Below are positions 56,865-64,000 of a DNA stretch of 64,000 nucleotides, in pieces. Where the stretch lies: positions 20,720-84,719 of the IMG/VR virus record IMGVR_UViG_3300044580_000410; one strand, 5' to 3'. The notes beneath the pieces were generated by a model, which saw only the letters and a list, made by a program, of their open reading frames with translations, did no database searches and was not told the origin of the DNA. The translations under genes were made by a program, and so were the position numbers. The DNA is from a virus. The number at the start of each line of letters is the position of its first letter. Position 1 is the first letter of the stretch.

Positions 56865-57614
56865 TTAATAAATTACCCATTTTGATAAATCATCGTTATA
56901 AGCGTGCATACTTCCGCCATAATAATTGAGAGATCCGCATTTAAGATTTGGATAAACATCGAGAACTTGCTGGCGAACATATTCTTGAAGGGCATGTGTT
57001 AACCAGATGTCTATGACAAAATGTTTGAAGTAGTCGTTCGAGCGTATGTAATAAAGAACCATAAGCTTATTATTCCTTATAAGGAATTGATAAGAAATAG
57101 AACACGGAACTCGTGTACTAAATCCAGCAACGTCGCAACTATCTTTTGGATCCCAGATTGAAATAAGAGATCTTCTTGAATGAATATCTTCTTTAAGAGC
57201 TGCAATAGCATTGTCTAATTGCTTCAGATTGTTTATTCTTTCCGAATAAGTATAATCAAATTTGTTAACTTTCTCTTCATTCTTGGACATAAGAGCCTGC
57301 CAAAGATCCATTCTGATTTTATACGAATTTCCTGGATTAAGAGCTTCTCCGCAAGTACGATCCTTTATTTCTTGTTCGCAATATGCTTCAATATTATCAG
57401 CTTCTTCCTTAAAAAGGAATTCAAGCATTTCTTTTTTCTTTAGCCAAGGTTTCGAAATAACAAAATTAACTCCTGTGAGTTCTTTTGTATTCTGGGATGC
57501 ACCAGTTAATTCCTGATTTTGATAGTGTTTAACTGGAACTGTAATTCCTGATACCTTTAGCTCCCTGTCCATTTCTTGGACCATTTCGAGACAATCCCTA
57601 AATATTCTTGCCAT
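56865..57614 (-). CDS. Thymidylate-synthase-superfamily enzyme, dCMP-hydroxymethylase-like (Asp-type)
   Basis: YTYSER, SRRSLISIW, RVPCSISYQFLIR, RSNDYFKHFVID, GSMHAY. Confidence 0.85.
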   Translation of the reverse strand: MARIFRDCLEMVQEMDRELKVSGITVPVKHYQNQELTGASQNTKELTGVNFVISKPWLKKKEMLEFLFKEEADNIEAYCEQEIKDRTCGEALNPGNSYKIRMDLWQALMSKNEEKVNKFDYTYSERINNLKQLDNAIAALKEDIHSRRSLISIWDPKDSCDVAGFSTRVPCSISYQFLIRNNKLMVLYYIRSNDYFKHFVIDIWLTHALQEYVRQQVLDVYPNLKCGSLNYYGGSMHAYNDDLSKWVIY

Positions 57615-57630
57615 ATAAATTTGTTTATTG

Positions 57631-57658
57631 TTTTATAGTTACTTCTATAAAAGGTTTT
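57631..57658 (-). promoter_or_regulatory. AAAAC-YYWT-N13-ATAWAA motif containing palindrome TTTTATAG-N6-CTATAAAA
   Basis: Near-identical to 62301-62328; upstream of the TS-like gene. Confidence 0.55.
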
Positions 57659-57959
57659 AATTTATGAAGTTAATAAATTCACTCGGGGATCTTTTAATGC
57701 AATCCACATTTTTCCACTTTTTTACCCCATTCTCAAATTGAATGTAAGCAAATATCTCGGGATAACGATTTTTCTTATCCGTAATAAATTCCAAGGTAGA
57801 AGGATCCACAACTCCTGTTTTAAATAATTTCTTTCTGGAAACTTCACCTGATTTAAAATCCTTAATCCGGTCTTGATTTGCAATTTTTAAAATTTCGCAG
57901 GGGACAAGGAGTTCATTTTCTATAGTATAAACTAATTCTCCTTTTTTAAATTTTTCCAT
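57657..57959 (-). CDS. Hypothetical protein
   Basis: 100-aa ORF. Confidence 0.55.
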   Translation of the reverse strand: MEKFKKGELVYTIENELLVPCEILKIANQDRIKDFKSGEVSRKKLFKTGVVDPSTLEFITDKKNRYPEIFAYIQFENGVKKWKNVDCIKRSPSEFINFIN

Positions 57960-57964
57960 GACTT

Positions 57965-59149
57965 TTATTTTTTGACTTTTAATTTTTTTATGGTTTCTTC
58001 CAAAGCCTTTAATGCGTCATTATATCCATCCTTATATCCTAGATGATACTGAGTATTATCGACTAGCTGGGTAAACGAATAGGCCTCTGCTAAATTTTCG
58101 TCTTTAGTATCTACTTCTCTTTCCTTTTCAGGAGGAGAAATAATATTATTTTTACTTGCAGCAGGATGATTATCTATTATTCGAATATTTCTTACAAATT
58201 CCCTATGAAATCCTTCTTCCAAAAAAACTCCTTTTTTCCTTAGGACAATTCCTGTTTGATATAAAGGAATAGGGATATTAGGAAATCTTTTTGTGTAAGT
58301 ATTAATAAACATTGTGGTTGGAACATGTTTATGAAGAAAAAATCCATAAGGTTCCATATCTGGATTATTGTCCATAACAATGTCGATAATTTCTTTATGC
58401 AGAAGATATGGTTTCTTATCCTGAACTAAATCTTTAATAAGAATAACAAAATATCCTCCAGGTTTGAGATATTGGATAGCTTTGGTATACATGGTTTTTA
58501 CCAAATTGGAATAAGCATCCCCTTTAGTAAGGCCAATATTGTCTTCATGCATATAATCAAAACTTTTATCCTCTTTTGTCTTAAGATTTTTTCTTTCCGG
58601 GGCATCTGACGATTTTCCAGAAAGTTTTGGATAAGGGGTTCCATTTATGATAAGATCCAGGAAAGGTTCTTTAAATCCCCATTCTGTAAAATATTCATCA
58701 AGTTTTGTAGCATCTCCTTGACGAAAATAAGAAAAAACACTATGATCTGGTATTCTAGCTTTTCCCAATTGTTCAGCAATATTTCTTAAACCAACTTCGG
58801 GGTATTCTAATTCAATTCCTATTCCATTTCTTCCGGATAAAATAGCTTCAACAATAGCAGTTCCAGTTCCTGCAGTGGGATCAAAAACCCATCCTCCTTT
58901 TGGAGATAAGTTCTGAACAGCCCATTTATATCCAATAACATGGCCAACGTCAAGATGATCGCCGGCTTTATCAACATAATATCCCTTTCGGATACGATTA
59001 CTGTAATATTTGTCTTCTGCTACATGGTATATTTCACCCATAAAATTTTGACAATATTTGCAAGTACAATGATAATCACTTGGTATTCCTAATCTATGTT
59101 CAACAATATGATTATAAGGAATAGAATTTGTGTGTTTTGCTTCTGCCAT
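57965..59149 (-). CDS. SAM-dependent amino-type DNA methyltransferase-like protein
   Basis: VFDPTAGTGT, GIGIELE, QGDA, DLIINGTPY, YLKPGGYFVI. Confidence 0.75.
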   Translation of the reverse strand: MAEAKHTNSIPYNHIVEHRLGIPSDYHCTCKYCQNFMGEIYHVAEDKYYSNRIRKGYYVDKAGDHLDVGHVIGYKWAVQNLSPKGGWVFDPTAGTGTAIVEAILSGRNGIGIELEYPEVGLRNIAEQLGKARIPDHSVFSYFRQGDATKLDEYFTEWGFKEPFLDLIINGTPYPKLSGKSSDAPERKNLKTKEDKSFDYMHEDNIGLTKGDAYSNLVKTMYTKAIQYLKPGGYFVILIKDLVQDKKPYLLHKEIIDIVMDNNPDMEPYGFFLHKHVPTTMFINTYTKRFPNIPIPLYQTGIVLRKKGVFLEEGFHREFVRNIRIIDNHPAASKNNIISPPEKEREVDTKDENLAEAYSFTQLVDNTQYHLGYKDGYNDALKALEETIKKLKVKK

Positions 59150-59150
59150 A

Positions 59151-59834
59151 TTAACTGTACATAAAAGATGTTAGGGATGAACCATAAAGAGGCTGAAGGT
59201 TCATCATATTATAAACTTCGATATAATCTACCATTTCCCAGGTTTCGCGTTTACCTTCGAATTTGAAATCCTTTTGCTCCCCAATCATTGAAAGGGGAAG
59301 AGGATTACCTGTATAAACTAAACGATATTTGAGATCCGGGGTTTTCCAAACCTCAAATGTTCCGTTTCTCATATATTTCATTTCAAATCCTGCTCCAGAT
59401 CCCTTAACTACATTTATTTTAGCTAAAGGAGATATATCAGAAAAACCTCTGCGATTAAATGTTGTAGCTTTTTCCCATGTTTCTTTAGGCCTTCTGCTTG
59501 CAGGTTGTTTTTCTATAGGGATTTGTGAATAAGCATTTTCAATAGCATCTTCATCTTCTCCAACAGAATTCATAGAAGCCATTACATCAATATGGTGAAT
59601 ATCATCTTCTCCTGATAATTCGCAAGCTCTCGAAAAGAAAACTGCAGCAACTGGAGAATAATTATTTTGAAATACATCCCTAGCGGCATATCCTCGAGCC
59701 ATTGCTTTGCCAGGGGTTTCTATTTCATTAGACATTCTTATAGCTAATTTTATAGCTTCAACAAGATCACCTCCGGATTTCTTTTTAAGATCCGTCAGCC
59801 TCATTATATCCTTTGTCCCGTATTGTGATGACAT
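59151..59834 (-). CDS. Hypothetical protein, leaderless paralogue of 34115-34909
   Basis: YGTKDIMRLTDLKKK, GKAMARG, GTFEVWK, WEMVDY blocks shared with that ORF. Confidence 0.7.
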   Translation of the reverse strand: MSSQYGTKDIMRLTDLKKKSGGDLVEAIKLAIRMSNEIETPGKAMARGYAARDVFQNNYSPVAAVFFSRACELSGEDDIHHIDVMASMNSVGEDEDAIENAYSQIPIEKQPASRRPKETWEKATTFNRRGFSDISPLAKINVVKGSGAGFEMKYMRNGTFEVWKTPDLKYRLVYTGNPLPLSMIGEQKDFKFEGKRETWEMVDYIEVYNMMNLQPLYGSSLTSFMYS

Positions 59835-60079
59835 TATTCTGGAAGTATTTTTTTGAATTTTAATTTTGTTTCAGTATGTTTGAGAACTGTTTCCAGCGTT
59901 TGAAAAAGATTTAAAACAGCTTCCTCTTTAGTTTCCCCCTCGGAAATAATACCCGGATCAGGCTTAAAGAAAGAAGTGAACCCGCCATTTGGATCTTCCA
60001 CCAGGATAATTTTTAACTCAAAGACATTTGTCTCTTTGGTTTTTCCCTGTTCAAATTCTTTATAACTAACTCTGCTCAT
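59834..60079 (-). CDS. HicB-like antitoxin-fold protein
   Basis: LVEDPNGGFTSFFKPDPGIISEGETKEEAVLNL; probable start MSRVSY at 60079. Confidence 0.6.
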   Translation of the reverse strand: MSRVSYKEFEQGKTKETNVFELKIILVEDPNGGFTSFFKPDPGIISEGETKEEAVLNLFQTLETVLKHTETKLKFKKILPE

Positions 60080-60266
60080 CGTCTTCTTCTCCTGCTTTTT
60101 CAATGACATATTTTTTTAATTCTTCTGCAGCTTTTAAATAAGCCTCTCGGAGCTGATGAAATTTTTCATCTTTGATTTCTGGCCATCTTGAATAATGAGC
60201 GAAGCAATAATGAAATCCTTCTTCCCTCATTCTATATCTGACATTTTGGAAATATTCTTCTTTCAT
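60066..60266 (-). CDS. Small hypothetical protein
   Basis: 66-aa ORF coupled to its neighbours. Confidence 0.55.
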   Translation of the reverse strand: MKEEYFQNVRYRMREEGFHYCFAHYSRWPEIKDEKFHQLREAYLKAAEELKKYVIEKAGEEDDEQS

Positions 60267-60859
60267 TAGTATTTTGTATTGATCCGAAATTCATTTACTT
60301 GATATTTTAGCGACCACTGATCAAAAAGTTCTTCTTTTGATATTCCCGACCAATAAACAAGATATTCAAATCTATTCCAAATATCTTTAAATCTCTTTTC
60401 AAAGATATAAAGATCCACGAGATACTGAGATTGCCTCCATTTTCTATTCTTAAGCAAATTTGCTGTTAAACCAATGGATGTGATAACATCCAAGGATAAC
60501 TCCTTAGTTATTTTGCCTACGAATTCTGGAGGATCATCATATCCCTCAGAAAATATAGTTCCTAAATCTGATACCTTCCATCCATATAAACTATAAAGCT
60601 CAAGGAGAAAATTAAAAGCATCGGTAATTTCTTCTTTGAAGTGTTGAGGATGTTCCATATCCTCGAGAGCCTCGGTAATTTCCTCCGTTATTCTCCAGCA
60701 ATATTTCTTAAATGTTTCCTGATCTTCATAAACATCGATGTCAAAATTTTCAAATACTTCCTTCTCTGAAGGTTCATATTTGAACATTATTTCCATTTGT
60801 TTTTCCTGAATGAAATCAAGGGTAAGATTCTTTAATGGTTTAAAATTTTCTGTATTCAT
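60266..60859 (-). CDS. All-alpha (dimeric dUTPase/dCTPase-like) nucleotide pyrophosphatase
   Basis: EEITEALED...KEEITDAFNFL, LKNRKWRQ, KYQVNEFR. Confidence 0.75.
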   Translation of the reverse strand: MNTENFKPLKNLTLDFIQEKQMEIMFKYEPSEKEVFENFDIDVYEDQETFKKYCWRITEEITEALEDMEHPQHFKEEITDAFNFLLELYSLYGWKVSDLGTIFSEGYDDPPEFVGKITKELSLDVITSIGLTANLLKNRKWRQSQYLVDLYIFEKRFKDIWNRFEYLVYWSGISKEELFDQWSLKYQVNEFRINTKY

Positions 60860-61770
60860 TATTCCATCTTTTCTTTTAGTTCCTGAATGTATTCTTTATA
60901 TTGTCCTTGTTTAAATCTTTTGATATAAGCGGGATGACAAACGAAATCTCCAGTTCCAAACTTTTCTTGAAGAGATTTTCCTAAGAAGATAATTTTTCTG
61001 GGTTTAACAATTTCAATTTCTTCTTCAAGGGCTTTTCTATTGAGCGTATCGTTATTTTCGCACTTATTCCAGTTTGTAAAATAAGGCATCTGTTTGGTTG
61101 GGTAAATTCCAGCATCAAATAAGCAACGATGAAAATATTCTGAACTCCCAGTATTGCTAACAAAAGATCTGACAAATCCTTTTCCGATTGAATAATTACT
61201 GGGCATTTCTCCAACAAACATAACACAATCCTCTTCATAGTAATTTCCTGCCGAAAAGAACTTTTGGAGTTTTTGAGCTCTTTGTTTTCGCTGTTCATGA
61301 ACATTCTCAACCAATCCTAAAATTGTATCGAGATTATTTTGCTTATAATCATAAGTGAAGACTGGAACATAAGTATTTTCCATAACATCATCATAGAAAT
61401 AAAGCATCTGATCTATTTCTTCTAAACGGATGTAATCATCTCCACGTACTTTTAAATTTTCGAGAATTGTTTCTTTTTCCGGGCGAACATAAAGAATAAC
61501 TGGATAAAAGGGCATTAACCCAGATTCGATTAAATATTGATGCCATGGTTGCATCTGATCTCTTCCTTCTTTAAATTGAGGATAAACCAGTTCGCTCGTA
61601 TAATATCTTTCAAGATAAAAAGGAGCATAATGAGCCGGAGAATGTAAATAATAGCTAAGCTGATCTTGTTTAGGATAAAATGGCTTAACTAATTGAATCG
61701 AAGAATTTTTCTTAATAAATTCTACCAATGTACTCTTACCTGAGCCATCTGGGCCATCAATTACAATCAT
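60859..61770 (-). CDS. dNMP kinase fused to a uracil-DNA-glycosylase-like domain
   Basis: N-terminal IVIDGPDGSGKST, ERY..SE.VY; C-terminal VMFVGEMPS, YFTNWNKC, EIEIVKPRKIIFLG, HPAY. Confidence 0.8.
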   Translation of the reverse strand: MIVIDGPDGSGKSTLVEFIKKNSSIQLVKPFYPKQDQLSYYLHSPAHYAPFYLERYYTSELVYPQFKEGRDQMQPWHQYLIESGLMPFYPVILYVRPEKETILENLKVRGDDYIRLEEIDQMLYFYDDVMENTYVPVFTYDYKQNNLDTILGLVENVHEQRKQRAQKLQKFFSAGNYYEEDCVMFVGEMPSNYSIGKGFVRSFVSNTGSSEYFHRCLFDAGIYPTKQMPYFTNWNKCENNDTLNRKALEEEIEIVKPRKIIFLGKSLQEKFGTGDFVCHPAYIKRFKQGQYKEYIQELKEKME

Positions 61771-61787
61771 GTTATTATGTTTTAATG

Positions 61788-61815
61788 TTTTATGTAATTA
61801 TATTTGAAGAGTTTT
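61788..61815 (-). promoter_or_regulatory. AAAAC-YYWT-N13-ATAWAA motif
   Basis: AAAACTCTTCAAATATAATTACATAAAA upstream of the kinase ATG. Confidence 0.4.
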
Positions 61816-62274
61816 CATTTCGTATGAAATTATCCCTCTTAAAATATTATTCCAGGTTTCTTCATTATATTTTCCGTCAGGTAAATCATTCCCCCTTCTC
61901 CATACTTCTCCGGGGCGAGGTTTTCGGGAACTTACTGTACTTCCTAAATAAGAATTTTCCATTGTATCCGCCCAATGAACATGAATTGAATATATGTGCT
62001 CATCTGTATAAAAATTAACCGTTATCCAGTCGTTTTTTGGATCATTTGGTTTTGAAATTAGAATTACAGAATCGACATTTCCATAACGAGCAAGCTGTTT
62101 TAACTTCATGCCGAAATCAGCATTCCATGGACTATTCATAAGATCAGCCCATTTAAGGAGAGTGCAATTATGTTCTTCTTCGAACCTTTTCTTCCCATGA
62201 GTTTTATTGTCCCATGGAATTTCTTTTTCAACTTGTGGTGCGGCAATATTGGCACCCTTAGCTTTTTCTTCCAT
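61798..62274 (-). CDS. Hypothetical protein
   Basis: 158 aa, SYLG...RKPRPGEVWRRGNDLPDG. Confidence 0.65.
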   Translation of the reverse strand: MEEKAKGANIAAPQVEKEIPWDNKTHGKKRFEEEHNCTLLKWADLMNSPWNADFGMKLKQLARYGNVDSVILISKPNDPKNDWITVNFYTDEHIYSIHVHWADTMENSYLGSTVSSRKPRPGEVWRRGNDLPDGKYNEETWNNILRGIISYEMKTLQI

Positions 62275-62300
62275 TTTTAGAGATTTAAAATTATAGAGTT

Positions 62301-62328
62301 TTTTATAGTTTTATCTATAAAAAGTTTT
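62301..62328 (-). promoter_or_regulatory. AAAAC-YYWT-N13-ATAWAA motif containing palindrome TTTTATAG-N6-CTATAAAA
   Basis: Near-identical to 57631-57658. Confidence 0.55.
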
Positions 62329-62512
62329 AACAAATTTGTGTTAAATTATTGCCATCTACCCAAAAATCAATTGTTTCGCCATTTCTATCGGACGGCCTGA
62401 TATAAATGTGAATTCTTCCATCAACTATCTCATGAACCCTTAAAATATATTCAGACCCCCAAAGACCATATTGATTGGGAAATTTTTTAATCATTTCTTC
62501 TAAGTTTATCAT
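62327..62512 (-). CDS. Small hypothetical protein
   Basis: 61-aa ORF in operon. Confidence 0.5.
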   Translation of the reverse strand: MINLEEMIKKFPNQYGLWGSEYILRVHEIVDGRIHIYIRPSDRNGETIDFWVDGNNLTQIC

Positions 62513-62513
62513 C

Positions 62514-62699
62514 TTATTTTTTTATTATTGGATCCCATTCAAAACCCATCCATCCGGCATCATCAGGGTCATCAGCAAATTCATCCCAATATTCTTCCCA
62601 ATGATAACGCATTTCATGACAATTTGGGCATTCCCCTTCAGAATATTCTTCCACCTCAAATTCGTGAAAGCAATGGGGACACATTATTTCTTCTTTCAT
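62514..62699 (-). CDS. Small zinc-ribbon protein
   Basis: CPHC...CPNC. Confidence 0.6.
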   Translation of the reverse strand: MKEEIMCPHCFHEFEVEEYSEGECPNCHEMRYHWEEYWDEFADDPDDAGWMGFEWDPIIKK

Positions 62700-63637
62700 T
62701 TTCGAAGATCCTTGTAATTGTCAATAAACCATTTATAAGTATCCTGAACCCCCTTGTCAAGGCTAATTTTAGGGGTCCACCCAAGTTCTTTTATTTTAGA
62801 ACTATCTAAAAGTTTTTGAGGAGTTCCATTTGGGTATTCCATATTCCAAAATATTTCTCCATCATATCCAACAATATCGGCAATCATTTTAGCAAGAAAT
62901 TTGATAGGAACATCCTGCCCCGCGCCTACATTAATATGAACAGGACTATTATATTCTTCCATTAAGAGAGTTAAAGCAGAAGCCAAATCATCTACATGAA
63001 GAAATTCTCTTCTTGGGGTTCCGTCTCCCCATAATTCCACCATTTTAATACCCGAATTTTTAGCATCGTGAAATTTACGAATCATTGCGGGCAATACATG
63101 GGATCCCATTAGAGCAAAATTATCATTTGGTCCGTAAAGATTAGTAGGCATTACACTTATGAAATTAGATCCATATTGTTTACGATATGCTTTGCACATT
63201 TCTATTCCGGCTATTTTAGCTATGGCATAAGCGCTGTTTGTCTGTTCAAGAGGAGCAGACATAAGATACTCTTCCTTAATAGGCTGGGGGCATTCTCTTG
63301 GATAAATACAAGAGCTTCCTAAAAAAAGAAGTTTTTTTGCACCGGATTTCCTAGCAGCCTCCATTACATTAGTTTGAATGCTTATATTATCATAGAAAAA
63401 TTCACCGGAAGCAGAATTATTTGCATAAATACCGCCAACTTTTGCGGCAGCTAAGAAAACATAAGTAGGTTTATATAAACGAAACATAGCTTCTGTATCC
63501 CCTTTGTTAGTAAGATCTAACTCACTATGAGAAAATGTAATAATATTTCGGTGTCCATTTTCCTTTAGTTTTCTAACTATGGCAGATCCCACCAAACCAT
63601 TATGGCCTAATACAAGTATTTTTGAAGTTTTCTTCAT
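62696..63637 (-). CDS. fcl: GDP-L-fucose synthase
   Basis: GHNGLVGSA, AAAKVGGI, FLGSSCIYP, YAIAKIAG, MPTNLYGPNDNF, SHVLPA, WGDGTPRREFLHVDD. Confidence 0.93.
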   Translation of the reverse strand: MKKTSKILVLGHNGLVGSAIVRKLKENGHRNIITFSHSELDLTNKGDTEAMFRLYKPTYVFLAAAKVGGIYANNSASGEFFYDNISIQTNVMEAARKSGAKKLLFLGSSCIYPRECPQPIKEEYLMSAPLEQTNSAYAIAKIAGIEMCKAYRKQYGSNFISVMPTNLYGPNDNFALMGSHVLPAMIRKFHDAKNSGIKMVELWGDGTPRREFLHVDDLASALTLLMEEYNSPVHINVGAGQDVPIKFLAKMIADIVGYDGEIFWNMEYPNGTPQKLLDSSKIKELGWTPKISLDKGVQDTYKWFIDNYKDLRK

Positions 63638-63683
63638 AAAACAATTCTATAATTTAAGTATATAATATTATTATGATTTTTAT

Positions 63684-64000
63684 ATGAAAAGTTTCAATTT
63701 TCTATATATAACGACTAATCTTATCAATGGAAAGCAGTATGTCGGGGAGCATTCTACAGATAATTTATCCGATAATTATCTCGGAAGCGGAAAATATCTT
63801 AAATACGCTATAAAGAAATACGGAAAGAAAAATTTTCAAAGAGAAATTCTTCGGTTTTTTGAAACTAAAGAAGAATCCTTTCGTTTACAAGAACGATTTA
63901 TAAACCAATTTAATACATTAGTTCCTAATGGATATAATATAAGTCCTAAAGGAGGACATCAAATTTCCGGTGGGTTTTCCCCCGAAAGTATTAGATCTAT
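63684..64000 (+). CDS. GIY-YIG homing endonuclease, 5' part (runs off the right edge)
   Basis: Manual translation MKSFNFLYITTNLINGKQYVGEHSTDNLSDNYLGSGKYLKYAIKKYGKKNFQREIL...NGYNISPKGG. Confidence 0.9.
   Translation, partial: MKSFNFLYITTNLINGKQYVGEHSTDNLSDNYLGSGKYLKYAIKKYGKKNFQREILRFFETKEESFRLQERFINQFNTLVPNGYNISPKGGHQISGGFSPESIRS

Noticed and set aside
56865..57614. Calling the TS homologue thyA
   Set aside because: Asp at the specificity position and the kinase/dNTPase context point to a dCMP-modifying enzyme.
26..62809. Short ORFs antisense to or nested in long genes (e.g. 26-268, 2171-2362, 7835-8053, 12645-12872, 37694-37891, 52223-52654, 57219-57516, 62475-62809)
   Set aside because: Shadow ORFs overlapping well-supported genes, with no recognisable motifs.
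1..64000. Stop-codon reassignment, as in some large Bacteroidota phages
   Set aside because: Standard-code ORFs tile the window densely with intact long genes; TAG (e.g. 33440) and TGA both end genes right at the next start.
1..64000. tRNA, rRNA or CRISPR loci
   Set aside because: No cloverleaf or repeat-spacer pattern seen; intergenic gaps are short. A tRNA/Rfam scan would be needed to exclude them fully.
1..64000. Frequent GATC/GGATCC as a DNA-level signal
   Set aside because: Largely explained by Asp-Pro and Gly-Ser codons (DPS and DPK motifs); cannot be called enriched without a codon-aware count.

Overview
AT-rich (roughly 30% GC by eye), gene-dense, standard-code segment of a very large T4-like myovirus (jumbo/huge phage). 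The host is probably Bacteroidota: no Shine-Dalgarno motifs, A-rich starts, a TAnnTTTG box and a DUF4494-like gene. It carries neck and baseplate genes (gp13-, gp25-, gp6-, gp7-, gp5-, gp27-, gp53-, gp48/54-like), a ribosomal protein S1-like gene, a small HSP, a lysozyme, an AAA+/VWA pair and four free-standing GIY-YIG endonucleases. The right end holds a nucleotide/DNA-modification cluster: an Asp-type thymidylate-synthase homologue, an Asn-synthetase-like amidotransferase, a dimeric dNTPase, a dNMP kinase-UDG fusion, a methyltransferase and GDP-fucose synthase. The most striking unexplained signal is a ~20-aa peptide tag, [hydrophobic]-x-E-x-x-x-F-x-R-G-x-D-P-K-x-x-[ML]-x-I-G. I count 30 copies in 18 otherwise mostly unrelated ORFs, at N-termini and internally (7 copies in one 860-aa ORF), always just after a prohead-protease-like Glu site or a start Met. 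This suggests a modular, polyprotein-based system of tagged cargo proteins packaged in the virion. A second signal is strong D-x-S enrichment in some virion proteins (candidate glycosylation sequon). All functional calls come from reading motifs by eye; no database search was run.
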